Source: Sphingomonadaceae bacterium (GTDB lineage: Bacteria > Chloroflexota > UBA6077). From it: a stretch of 20,000 bases of DNA. Positions 1-7,969 of the stretch are shown in pieces; position 1 is the stretch's first letter; each line of letters opens with the position of its first letter. A model generated the notes under the pieces. That model worked only from the letters and a program-made list of their open reading frames with translations. It did no database searches and was not told where the DNA came from. Where the stretch lies: assembly GCA_050261575.1 (NCBI GenBank), contig JBLNDL010000013.1:46073-66072 (forward strand). The letters are read 5' to 3'. The position numbers were made by a program, and so were the translations under genes.

Positions 1-1
1 C

Positions 2-250
2 CGCGTTGTCCGGACGGTTTCCGGCGAGGTCGTGGTCGATCCCACCGGAAAGCGGGCGGGGCGTGGGGCCTATCTGTGCAAGAAGGCGGAGTGCTGGGAG
101 AAGGCTTTGCTGAGATCGACACTCAACCGTGCACTCAAAGTCGAAGTGAGATCAGAGGACCGGGATGAACTAATCCGATTTGGCCGTCAATTCGGCCCAG
201 AGTACGCAACTCAGTCTGCTCCTGAAGCCGAAGGCGAGGCGGGCAGTTGA
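2..250 (+). CDS. ylxR: YlxR/RnpM (DUF448) RNA-binding protein, 5'-truncated by the window edge
   Basis: Frame 2 is open from the window start and reads [26 protein letters not shown], with the GRGAY(L/I)C signature. It lies in the usual position just upstream of infB. Confidence 0.9.
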   Translation, partial: RVVRTVSGEVVVDPTGKRAGRGAYLCKKAECWEKALLRSTLNRALKVEVRSEDRDELIRFGRQFGPEYATQSAPEAEGEAGS

Positions 251-269
251 GCGAAAGGAGGAGCAGCCA

Positions 270-2168
270 ATGAGTCCAAAACCGTTTAACAAGTCGAGGG
301 GCACCCGGGACAACCGGAGACCCCAGGGCGGCAGATCGAGGCAGGGAGGGGGAGGTCCCAGACCACCCTTCAACCCCCAAGGACCGGTGAACAAGGGGGG
401 TGTGGCCGTTGCTGCCCGTGAGGAGCCCAAGGCAGTCGAACTGCCGGACGGCATCGCCGTTAAGGATCTGGCGACCCTCCTCAACATAAGTCCCGTCACG
501 ATCATCAAGGAGCTGATGAAGAACGGGATCATCGCCAACATCAACCAGCAGATCGACCGCGACGCTGCATCGGTGGTGGCCGCCGACCTCGGCTTCGAGG
601 TGAAGGAGCCGGCCCCACAGGAACCGGCCGCGGCGTTGGAGCTACCTGCCGTAGAGGGCGAGGATCCTTCCCTGCTGGAGCCCCGGCCCCCCGTCGTGAC
701 CATCATGGGGCACGTTGACCACGGCAAGACCAGCCTTCTGGACGTCATCCGCCAGACCAACGTGACTGCCCAGGAGGCGGGCGGCATCACCCAGCACATC
801 GGCGCGTACCAGGTGGAGTTGCGCGGCCAGAAGATCACCTTCCTCGATACCCCTGGGCACGAGGCATTCACGGCGATGCGAGCGAGGGGGGCCCAGGCCA
901 CTGACATCGTGGTGCTGGTGGTGGCCGCCGACGATGGGATAATGCCACAGACTCGCGAGGCCATCGACCACTCGCGGGCAGCCAACGTGCCCATAGTCGT
1001 CGCCATCAACAAGATCGATAAGCCGGACGCGAACCCCGACAGGGTCAAGCAGCAGCTAGCCGAGATCGGGCTAGTGCCCGAGGAGTACGGCGGGCAGACA
1101 GTCGTGGTGCCGGTATCCGCGCGCCGGAAGGAGGGGATCGACATCCTCCTTGAGATGATCCTGCTGGTTGCCGAAATGCAGGAGCTGAAGGCCAATCCCA
1201 GCCGGCCGGCGGCAGGGGTGGTGATCGAGTCGAAGCTGGACAAGGCCAGGGGGCCCGTCGCGACGGTCCTGGTGAAGGCCGGGACTCTGAAGGTGGGCGA
1301 CGTGCTCGTCGCGGGAGGCAACTTCGGCAAGGTGAAGGCACTCTTCGACGACAAGGGGCGGCGGCTGCGGAAGGCCGGGCCATCGATGCCGGCGGAGGTG
1401 CTCGGTCTGAATGGCGTGCCGACTGCCGGCGACATCTGGAACGTCGTCGCGGACGAGAAGACGGCGCGGATGATCGCCGGAGAGCGGACCCTGGAGCCGT
1501 CTGTGGAGACCGCGGCGCCGGTGACGCTGGACGACCTGTACAGGCAGATCCAGGCTGGGCAGATAAGGGAATTGAACGTGATCGTGAAGGCGGACGTCCA
1601 GGGCTCGGTGGAGCCGATCGTCAACTCCTTGGGCCGGCTGCAGGCCGAGGACGTCAGGGTGCGGGTAATCCATGCCGGCACAGGCAATATCACCGAGTCG
1701 GACGTGAACCTGGCGTCTGCATCCCACGCCGTGATCATCGGCTTCAACAGCCGACTCGAGCCTGGGGCGAAGCACCTGGCCGAAGAGAACCAGGTGGACA
1801 TCCGGTTCTACGATGTGATCTACAAGCTGGTCGAGGACGTGCAGAAGGCCCTCACCGGTCTGTTGGAGCCGAAGTACGAGGAGGTCACCGAAGGCCACGC
1901 CGAGGTGAGGCAGGTCTTCAAGATCGGCAAGTCCGACGCAGCAGCCGGGTGCATGGTAACTGACGGGAAGATCTCCAGAAACTCTCACGTCCGGGTCATC
2001 CGGGGTGGCGGTGTCGTCTTCGATGGCCGGATAGAGAGTCTGCGCCGCTTCAAGGAGGACGTGCGGGAAGTGGCCGCGGGCTACGAATGCGGCATTCACT
2101 TGGAGGGGTTTGGGGACTTCCAGATAGGAGACATCCTCGAGGCATTCCGCATGGAGCGGGTTAGTTAG
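270..2168 (+). CDS. infB: Translation initiation factor IF-2
   Basis: GTPase motifs [13 protein letters not shown] and NKID are present, as are IF2 motifs [17 protein letters not shown] and LRRFKEDV. The ATG at 270 follows SD AAGGAGGAG (255-263), so the ORF-track start at 180 is too far upstream. Confidence 0.98.
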   Translation: MSPKPFNKSRGTRDNRRPQGGRSRQGGGGPRPPFNPQGPVNKGGVAVAAREEPKAVELPDGIAVKDLATLLNISPVTIIKELMKNGIIANINQQIDRDAASVVAADLGFEVKEPAPQEPAAALELPAVEGEDPSLLEPRPPVVTIMGHVDHGKTSLLDVIRQTNVTAQEAGGITQHIGAYQVELRGQKITFLDTPGHEAFTAMRARGAQATDIVVLVVAADDGIMPQTREAIDHSRAANVPIVVAINKIDKPDANPDRVKQQLAEIGLVPEEYGGQTVVVPVSARRKEGIDILLEMILLVAEMQELKANPSRPAAGVVIESKLDKARGPVATVLVKAGTLKVGDVLVAGGNFGKVKALFDDKGRRLRKAGPSMPAEVLGLNGVPTAGDIWNVVADEKTARMIAGERTLEPSVETAAPVTLDDLYRQIQAGQIRELNVIVKADVQGSVEPIVNSLGRLQAEDVRVRVIHAGTGNITESDVNLASASHAVIIGFNSRLEPGAKHLAEENQVDIRFYDVIYKLVEDVQKALTGLLEPKYEEVTEGHAEVRQVFKIGKSDAAAGCMVTDGKISRNSHVRVIRGGGVVFDGRIESLRRFKEDVREVAAGYECGIHLEGFGDFQIGDILEAFRMERVS

Positions 2169-2180
2169 GGCACCGGCGGC

Positions 2181-2249
2181 GTGGGGCGGGGGTGTCCCCG
2201 CTCCCTGGCCGAGAGGCGCCCGCCGGCAGGGGACGAGCTACCGCCCTAC
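2181..2249. repeat. Degenerate GTAG-type REP/REPIN-like palindrome between infB and rbfA
   Basis: Outer arms are GTGGGGCGG (2181-2189) and CCGCCCTAC (2241-2249), with an inner hairpin GGGGCGGGG-gtgt-CCCCGCTCC. Confidence 0.4.
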
Positions 2250-2265
2250 TGAATGGTACTGTGGT

Positions 2266-2616
2266 ATGAGCAGGCGGATAGAGCGAGTCAACGAGCAGAT
2301 CAAAGAGGAGATCGCCGCGCTCGTGCAGAGGGAGATGCAGGACCCCCGCTTGCGCGGGCTGATCAGCATCACCGGGGTCACGACGAGTCCAGATCTCCAC
2401 TACGCGACCGTGCGGGTGAGCGTCCTGGGCAGCGAGGAGGACGTTCAGCAGGTTATGACAGCCCTCCGACACGCAGCGGGCTTCCTCCGTCGAGAGATAG
2501 CATCCCGGCTGAGGCTCAAGCACGCTCCGGAGTTGAGCTTCAAGCTGGACACCTCTATGGAGCAGGGAGCGCGGGTGCTGGAACTCCTTCGCGAGATCCA
2601 GAAGGGGGAGAGGTAG
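2266..2616 (+). CDS. rbfA: Ribosome-binding factor A
   Basis: Reads RRIERVNEQIKEEIA...DPRL...SPDLHYATV...AGFLR...PELSFKLD and lies downstream of infB. Confidence 0.97.
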   Translation: MSRRIERVNEQIKEEIAALVQREMQDPRLRGLISITGVTTSPDLHYATVRVSVLGSEEDVQQVMTALRHAAGFLRREIASRLRLKHAPELSFKLDTSMEQGARVLELLREIQKGER

Positions 2617-2619
2617 CAG

Positions 2620-3672
2620 GTGGAGTCCGGATACCGGCCGGTATTGCTGCCGCTGCTGAAGTCCGCTAGACGCGTGGTGGTCACCTGCCACGTGGACCCC
2701 GATGGGGACGCGGTGGCTGGCTTGTTGGCCCTGTCCCATTCCCTCAGGAAGCTGTCCAGGTGGGACGTGCACGCCATCAGCCCCGGGCAGGTTCCCGCCA
2801 GCTACCACTTCATGCCGAACTGGGAATCGGTGGAGGTGTACTCACCCGAGCGGCTGGAGACCCTGCAGGGGATGGCGACGAAGGATGCCGTGCTCTCTGC
2901 TGACGTCATAGTCTGTCTCGACAGCAGCGATCTCCATCGGCTTGGCGCCCTTTACGTGCAGAACCGCACGAAGTTCGAGTCCGTGCCGATCGTGAACATA
3001 GACCATCACCCCAGCAACAGCCGATTCGGCACGGTCAACCTCGTCGATGGGTCGGCCGCGGCGGTGTGCGAGCAACTGGCCGAGCTGATGGAGAGAGAGG
3101 ACCTACCCATCCCCGAGGAGGTCGCCACGGATCTCCTGGTGGGCATAGTCACCGACACCCTCGGGTTTCGCACCCCCGCGACTTCCGCCCGCACCCTTCG
3201 CACCGCCGCGACTCTGATGGAGAGGGGCGCATCCCTCTCGCTGATCAGCGAACGCGTCTTCAACACTCGATCCCCTCGCACCCTGTGGCTGTGGGGCCGT
3301 GTGCTGAGCCGGACTCGGGTGGAAGACGGGCTGGTGTGGGCCGACATCACCAGCGACATGCTGGCCGAATGCGGCGCAACCCTGGAGGATGCGGACACGC
3401 TGGTGGATTTCATCGCCGGGGTGCCTCGGACGAACGCGGCTTTCCTGTTCAGCGAGCAGAGGGGCAAGGTCCGTGTGAGCATGAGGACGTCGGCCGAGTT
3501 GGATGCGGCCGCCTTGGCCAAGAGCTTCGGCGGCGGCGGACACGCTCGCGCGGCAGGATGCACGCTGGAGGGATCCATCGCCGACGTCCAAGCCCTGCTC
3601 CTGGGTGAGGCCCGGCGACGGCTCGGGATGGTGGCGAACGGGGGTGAACGGTACCAAGAAAGCGGCTCCTGA
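2620..3672 (+). CDS. nrnA: DHH/DHHA1 phosphoesterase (NrnA-like oligoribonuclease/pAp phosphatase)
   Basis: Motifs HVDPDGD, LDSS, IDHH, TDT and C-terminal GGGGH are present. GTG start, conserved rbfA-nrnA-truB order. Confidence 0.92.
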   Translation: MESGYRPVLLPLLKSARRVVVTCHVDPDGDAVAGLLALSHSLRKLSRWDVHAISPGQVPASYHFMPNWESVEVYSPERLETLQGMATKDAVLSADVIVCLDSSDLHRLGALYVQNRTKFESVPIVNIDHHPSNSRFGTVNLVDGSAAAVCEQLAELMEREDLPIPEEVATDLLVGIVTDTLGFRTPATSARTLRTAATLMERGASLSLISERVFNTRSPRTLWLWGRVLSRTRVEDGLVWADITSDMLAECGATLEDADTLVDFIAGVPRTNAAFLFSEQRGKVRVSMRTSAELDAAALAKSFGGGGHARAAGCTLEGSIADVQALLLGEARRRLGMVANGGERYQESGS

Positions 3673-4555
3673 GGGCTTCCTTAACGTCTCGAAGCCTTAC
3701 GGTTGGACGTCCCACGACGTCGTTCAGTTGGTGCGCCGTCTGACGCGGACCCGACGGGTCGGCCATGCGGGGACTCTGGACCCCGCCGCGACCGGCGTGC
3801 TCGTCGTGGCCGTGGGACGAGCGACCCGGCTGGTAGACTACCTCGGGGAGCAGGACAAGAGCTACTGCGGGGACGTCGTCCTCGGCGCCACTACCACGAC
3901 GGACGATGCCGAAGGGTCCGTCTTGGGTGCCCGCGATCCCTCCACCGTGACCCTCGATCAGGTGACCCGGGCCCTGTCTGGCTTCGTCGGCGAAATCGAC
4001 CAGTTGCCCCCGCAGTACTCTGCCGTCAAGCTGGAGGGCAAGAAGGCTTACGAGATAGCCCGAAAGGGAGGGCTGGCGGCCGTGAGGCCCCGGCGAGTGA
4101 CCATCAAGGGGATCGCTGTGGTCGCATGGGAGCCTCCCATCGTGAGCCTCATGGTACGCTGTTCCAAGGGAACTTACATCCGGAGCCTGGCAAGAGACCT
4201 GGGACAGCGGTTGGGCGTCGGTGGCCACCTGGGCGCGCTGGTCCGTGTCAGCAGCGGGGTCTTCGACTGTGAGGATGCCATTGGGGTCGAGGATCTGCGA
4301 CTGGCTGCGGAGTTCGACTATCTGGAGAAGCTGATCTGGCCGCCAGACGTCGCGGTGGCCCACCTGCCTGCCCTGGTGGTGGCGGAGCGGCATGCCGAGG
4401 ACATGATGGGGGGGCGGTCGTGGGCGGCGACATCGCCCCCGCAGGGAACGAAGTCGGTGAGAGTCTACACCACGGAAGGGGTCTTCTTGGGGCTGGCTGA
4501 GTTGCGGGAGATGCGCTGGTGGCCGAAGCTGGTGCTGTTGCCGGAGGAGCAGTGA
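3644..4555 (+). CDS. truB: tRNA pseudouridine(55) synthase
   Basis: Motifs KPYGWTSHDVV, GHAGTLDP (catalytic Asp), PPQYSAVK and CSKGTYIRSL. The GTG start at 3644 is inferred and overlaps the nrnA 3' end. Confidence 0.96.
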   Translation: MNGTKKAAPEGFLNVSKPYGWTSHDVVQLVRRLTRTRRVGHAGTLDPAATGVLVVAVGRATRLVDYLGEQDKSYCGDVVLGATTTTDDAEGSVLGARDPSTVTLDQVTRALSGFVGEIDQLPPQYSAVKLEGKKAYEIARKGGLAAVRPRRVTIKGIAVVAWEPPIVSLMVRCSKGTYIRSLARDLGQRLGVGGHLGALVRVSSGVFDCEDAIGVEDLRLAAEFDYLEKLIWPPDVAVAHLPALVVAERHAEDMMGGRSWAATSPPQGTKSVRVYTTEGVFLGLAELREMRWWPKLVLLPEEQ

Positions 4556-5508
4556 GTCCACAAGCTGAAGTTGCCACGCCGGAAGCGGTGGCGACCATTG
4601 GAGTGTTCGACGGGGTGCATCTGGGTCACCAGGCGCTGATCCGCCGCGTGGTGGAGCGGGCCGGGCAGCTTGGGATGGTGAGCGTGTGCGTCACCTTCTC
4701 GCCTCACCCGGAGGACGTGCTACGTCCCGACAGCGGCATCGCCCACCTGGCGGGAGTGGAGGATCGGTTGGCCACCATCAAGGGGCTCGGCGTCTCCGAG
4801 GTAGTGGTGATGGAGTTCACCAGTGCCCTCGCAGCCCTCTCTCCGGAGGAGTTCATCGACCGCTTGATGCAGCGCTTCCGATTGCGGGAGCTGTGGATCG
4901 GGAGTGACTTCGCGCTGGGGCGTGGGCGGACCGGTACCCCGGAGCGCCTGGCAGCCATCGGGAGGGAGAAGGGGTTCGTGGTACGGTCGCTTCCCCCGGT
5001 GGAGGTCGATGGGCAGGTGGTTAGCAGCAGCCGCATCAGGCAACTTCTGGCCGATGGCCAGGTGGAGGAGGCGGCGCGGCTGTTGGGCCGCGCCTACAGG
5101 CTGCGGGGGCGCGTCGTCGCGGGCGATGGCCGTGGCAGAAGCCTCGGCTTCGCAACCGCGAATCTGGCCCCTGACGACCGGCTGTGCGTGCCCGGCGATG
5201 GGGTCTACGCGGTCGCCGTGCAAGTGGAAGGCGGAGGAGAATGGCACGGCGTTGCGAACGTGGGGGTGCGCCCAACCTTCGGCGAAAGCGCGCGCCAGAT
5301 CGAGATCCACCTGCTAGGCTTTTCGGGCGACCTGTACGGCAAGAGGCTGGCCGTGGATTTCGTGGCGAGGCTTCGGGGTGAACGGCGGTTCGAGTCTGTG
5401 GAGGCCCTGAAAGCCCAGATAGCTGAGGACGTGCGGAAGGCACGGTCGATCCTGGGGGAGTCTCCACCCCACAGCGCGAGCGCGCGCAGCGTTGCGCCTT
5501 TCCCTTAG
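4552..5508 (+). CDS. ribF: Bifunctional FAD synthetase / riboflavin kinase
   Basis: Motifs IGVFDGVHLGHQ, VSSSRIR, GRSLGFATAN, GVRPTF and LRGERRF. GTGA start/stop overlap with truB, SD GGAGGAG upstream. Confidence 0.96.
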   Translation: MSPQAEVATPEAVATIGVFDGVHLGHQALIRRVVERAGQLGMVSVCVTFSPHPEDVLRPDSGIAHLAGVEDRLATIKGLGVSEVVVMEFTSALAALSPEEFIDRLMQRFRLRELWIGSDFALGRGRTGTPERLAAIGREKGFVVRSLPPVEVDGQVVSSSRIRQLLADGQVEEAARLLGRAYRLRGRVVAGDGRGRSLGFATANLAPDDRLCVPGDGVYAVAVQVEGGGEWHGVANVGVRPTFGESARQIEIHLLGFSGDLYGKRLAVDFVARLRGERRFESVEALKAQIAEDVRKARSILGESPPHSASARSVAPFP

Positions 5509-5526
5509 GGCGAGGCGATCCGGCAT

Positions 5527-5560
5527 CCCCTCTCCCTTTGAGAGAGGGTCAGGGTAAGGG
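5527..5560. repeat. BoxC/PIT-like (potential intramolecular triplex) element
   Basis: CCCTCTCCC-ttt-GAGAGAGGG hairpin followed by TCAGGGTAAGGG. The reverse complement is CCCTTACCCTGACCCTCTCTCAAAGGGAGAGGGG. Confidence 0.6.
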
Positions 5561-5729
5561 CGCAGGCCGTTGGCCGCGTAGACTCCGCATGGTCTCCTGG
5601 TCCCCACTCGGTAGCGCGCCCTACACGGGAGCCCGGGGGGCGCACCAGCGGGCTGCTTTCCGGCCGGTTTTCGGCCTGGCCGTAGGGCTCGGGGCACCCC
5701 CCTCCCTTCGGCCCGACGGTATGAGGCCA

Positions 5730-5758
5730 TTGCCGTCGTCGACGGCCTATGTTAGCAT
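5730..5758 (+). promoter_or_regulatory. Putative sigma-A promoter of the parA-ftsZ operon
   Basis: TTGCCG (5730-5735), 17-bp spacer, TAGCAT (5753-5758), with extended -10 TG at 5750-5751. Confidence 0.6.
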
Positions 5759-5824
5759 TATGACCACTTCGCAATACCCTTCGAGTTGATCGTGACTTCC
5801 TGAGGGCGGTCCCAAGAGAGGTCC

Positions 5825-6586
5825 ATGGCTTCGATCATTGCCATCTCCAATCAGAAGGGTGGTGTGGGCAAAACAACCACCACCGCGAACCTGGGTGCTG
5901 CGTTCTTCCAGTTGGGCTGCAAGGTTCTGCTAGTGGACATGGATCCGCAGGCCAACCTGACCACAGCCTTCGGGTTGAACGAGCAGACGGAAACCAGCAT
6001 CGCGGAGGCGTTGCTGGATCGTAAGGTTCGGCTCCCCATCACGCCAGGCCCCGAGAACGGCAAGGCACGGCTGGACCTGGTGCCTTCCTCTCTTTCCCTG
6101 GCCAGCGCCGAGGCGGCGCTCATGAACAAACTGGGCAGGGAGTTGAGGCTGAGAGACCAACTCGCCGCGATAGAGACCCCCTACGACTTCATCCTGATCG
6201 ACACGCCCCCCTCCCTTGGACTCCTGACCATTAACGCCTTGGTGGCCGCCGAAAAGGTTGTGATACCCACCGAGGCGCGGCTGTTCTCCCTGCAAGGCCT
6301 TCAGATGATGCAGGATAGCATCGAGGAGATCCTCTACCTGAACCCGAAGTTGCAGGTGGCGGGGATACTGCTGAGCAAGCTGGACCGTCGTCTCAAGGAG
6401 GAGAAGCTCGTCAGCGCCTACCTCCGGGAAAGGTGGGGTACTCAGGTATTCGAGACCGAGGTGGGGACCAACAGCAAGATACTGGAAGCCGCGTCATCCG
6501 GCACATCCGTATTCAACTACGCCGGTGCCGAGAAAGCTGCAGAGGCATATCTTTCCCTCGCCAGGGAGGTATTGGCTCGTGGCTAA
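5825..6586 (+). CDS. Orphan ParA/Soj-family ATPase
   Basis: Deviant Walker A NQKGGVGKTT, VDMDPQAN and Walker B ILIDTPP. It has no N-terminal HTH, no MinD-type C-terminal amphipathic tail and no adjacent parB. Confidence 0.93.
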   Translation: MASIIAISNQKGGVGKTTTTANLGAAFFQLGCKVLLVDMDPQANLTTAFGLNEQTETSIAEALLDRKVRLPITPGPENGKARLDLVPSSLSLASAEAALMNKLGRELRLRDQLAAIETPYDFILIDTPPSLGLLTINALVAAEKVVIPTEARLFSLQGLQMMQDSIEEILYLNPKLQVAGILLSKLDRRLKEEKLVSAYLRERWGTQVFETEVGTNSKILEAASSGTSVFNYAGAEKAAEAYLSLAREVLARG

Positions 6587-7886
6587 GCTGCGTGGTGGGT
6601 TTGACCCGGGGCGACTGGCGGAACCGGTCAGGAGCACTCCCGTCATTGGGAAGATCGTGTCCGAGGAGATCGAGGCCGACGCGAAAGGCTTTACCGAGAT
6701 CAAGATTGTCGGCGTGGGTGGCGGTGGGAATAACGCGCTCAACCGTATGGTCGAGGCTGGCATCCGAGGTGTGGACTTCATCGCCGTCAACACTGATGCT
6801 CAGGCGCTCGACATGTCCTACGCCACTCGAAAGATCCCGATCGGTGGGAGGGCAATGAAGCGGCTTGGGGCCGGCGGCGATCCCATGGTGGGGGAGCGGG
6901 CGGCAGAGATAAGCCGGGACCAACTGGAGGAGGCGCTGGCTGGCGCCGACATGGTGTTCATCACTGCCGGCATGGGGGGCGGCACCGGAACCGGGGCCTC
7001 GCCCGTCATCGCGGAGATCGCCCGGAAGAACCGCTCGCTGACCGTTGCTGTCGTGACCATGCCCTTTACCTTCGAGGGACGCAGGCGCCGAGAGGTGGCG
7101 GAGCAGGGCTTCCAGATCCTCAAGGAGAGGGTCGACGCGATCATCAGCATTCCCAACGACCGGCTGCTGGCGATGGCCAACAGGAAGATGGGGCTGCTGG
7201 AGGCATTCCGCGCCGCCGACAACATCCTGCGCCAGGGTGTTCAAGGCATATCCGACCTGATCACGGTGACGGGACTGATAAACCTCGACTTCGCCGATGT
7301 GAAGACGATCATGACCGGAGCCGGCACCGCCTTGATGGCGATCGGCGAGGGGAAAGGGCAGGGCCGGGCTCTGCAGGCGGCGCGTGCGGCCATCGACAGC
7401 CCTCTGCTGGACATCTCCATCGATGGGGCGACTGGACTGCTGATCAACATCACCGGCGGACCGGACATGAGCCTGATGGAGGTGAGCGAGGCGGCCAGCC
7501 TTATCAGCGAGGCCGCGAGCCCCGAGGCCAACATCATCATGGGCGCTGTCATCCACCCGAAGCCCCAGTCGGAGTTGCAGGTCACCCTCATCGCTACCGG
7601 CTTCGGCGGGGCCGAGGTCCGAAAGCCCCAGGTGAAGGTGAGCGACGAGTTCGCCAGGCTGGAGATGTCCCAGGGGGAAACGGGTCGCCACGAGCCCGGC
7701 GACGTTCGAGAGCACCGGATCCTTGAGCAGCCCCGTGAACCTCTGGAGCCGTGGGTGGCAAGGGATGGTCGCGAACCGGCGGAACCATGGGAGCCTCGCG
7801 AACCTCGAGAACGGGAGCGCCGCGAGTCACTGGGGCTGCAGGATCTGGACGTGCCGGCTTTCCTCAGGAAGAAGAAGCCCCAGTAG
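6579..7886 (+). CDS. ftsZ: Cell division GTPase FtsZ with N-terminal extension
   Basis: Motifs GVGGGGNN, NTDAQAL, GAGG, GGGTGTG, T7 loop NLDFADV and C-terminal core DLDVPAFLRK. GTG at 6579 has SD GGGAGGT (6564-6570) and overlaps the parA stop by 8 nt. Confidence 0.96.
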   Translation: MAKLRGGFDPGRLAEPVRSTPVIGKIVSEEIEADAKGFTEIKIVGVGGGGNNALNRMVEAGIRGVDFIAVNTDAQALDMSYATRKIPIGGRAMKRLGAGGDPMVGERAAEISRDQLEEALAGADMVFITAGMGGGTGTGASPVIAEIARKNRSLTVAVVTMPFTFEGRRRREVAEQGFQILKERVDAIISIPNDRLLAMANRKMGLLEAFRAADNILRQGVQGISDLITVTGLINLDFADVKTIMTGAGTALMAIGEGKGQGRALQAARAAIDSPLLDISIDGATGLLINITGGPDMSLMEVSEAASLISEAASPEANIIMGAVIHPKPQSELQVTLIATGFGGAEVRKPQVKVSDEFARLEMSQGETGRHEPGDVREHRILEQPREPLEPWVARDGREPAEPWEPREPRERERRESLGLQDLDVPAFLRKKKPQ

Positions 7887-7912
7887 CACCGCACCGGGAA
7901 TCGACGGCAAGT

Positions 7913-7953
7913 AAGAAAAAGAGGCGGTAGCGCGACGGAGCGCTACCGCCTCT
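7913..7953 (-). terminator. Intrinsic terminator for the EF-G2 gene, possibly bidirectional
   Basis: Perfect 14-bp stem AGAGGCGGTAGCGC-gacgga-GCGCTACCGCCTCT with an A-tract at 7913-7920 (U-tract on the minus strand), between convergent ftsZ and fusA2. Confidence 0.85.
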
Positions 7954-7969
7954 CGTCGATTCGAAGGAG

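Noticed and set aside
170..1801. Long antisense ORFs (543 aa opposite infB, and others such as 6513-7715, 10100-10849, 18184-19296)
   Set aside because: These are shadow ORFs of GC3-biased genes. They fully overlap confidently identified genes and show no recognisable motifs.
5640..5700. SRP RNA-like words on the minus strand (CCAGGCC...GGAAAGCAGCC)
   Set aside because: The spacing does not fit the helix-8 CAGG-nn-GNRA-nn-AGCAG pattern because extra bases intervene.
5825..6586. MinD assignment for the ATPase next to ftsZ
   Set aside because: It has Soj-type NQKGGVGKT and DPQAN motifs, no C-terminal amphipathic helix, and no minC or minE nearby.
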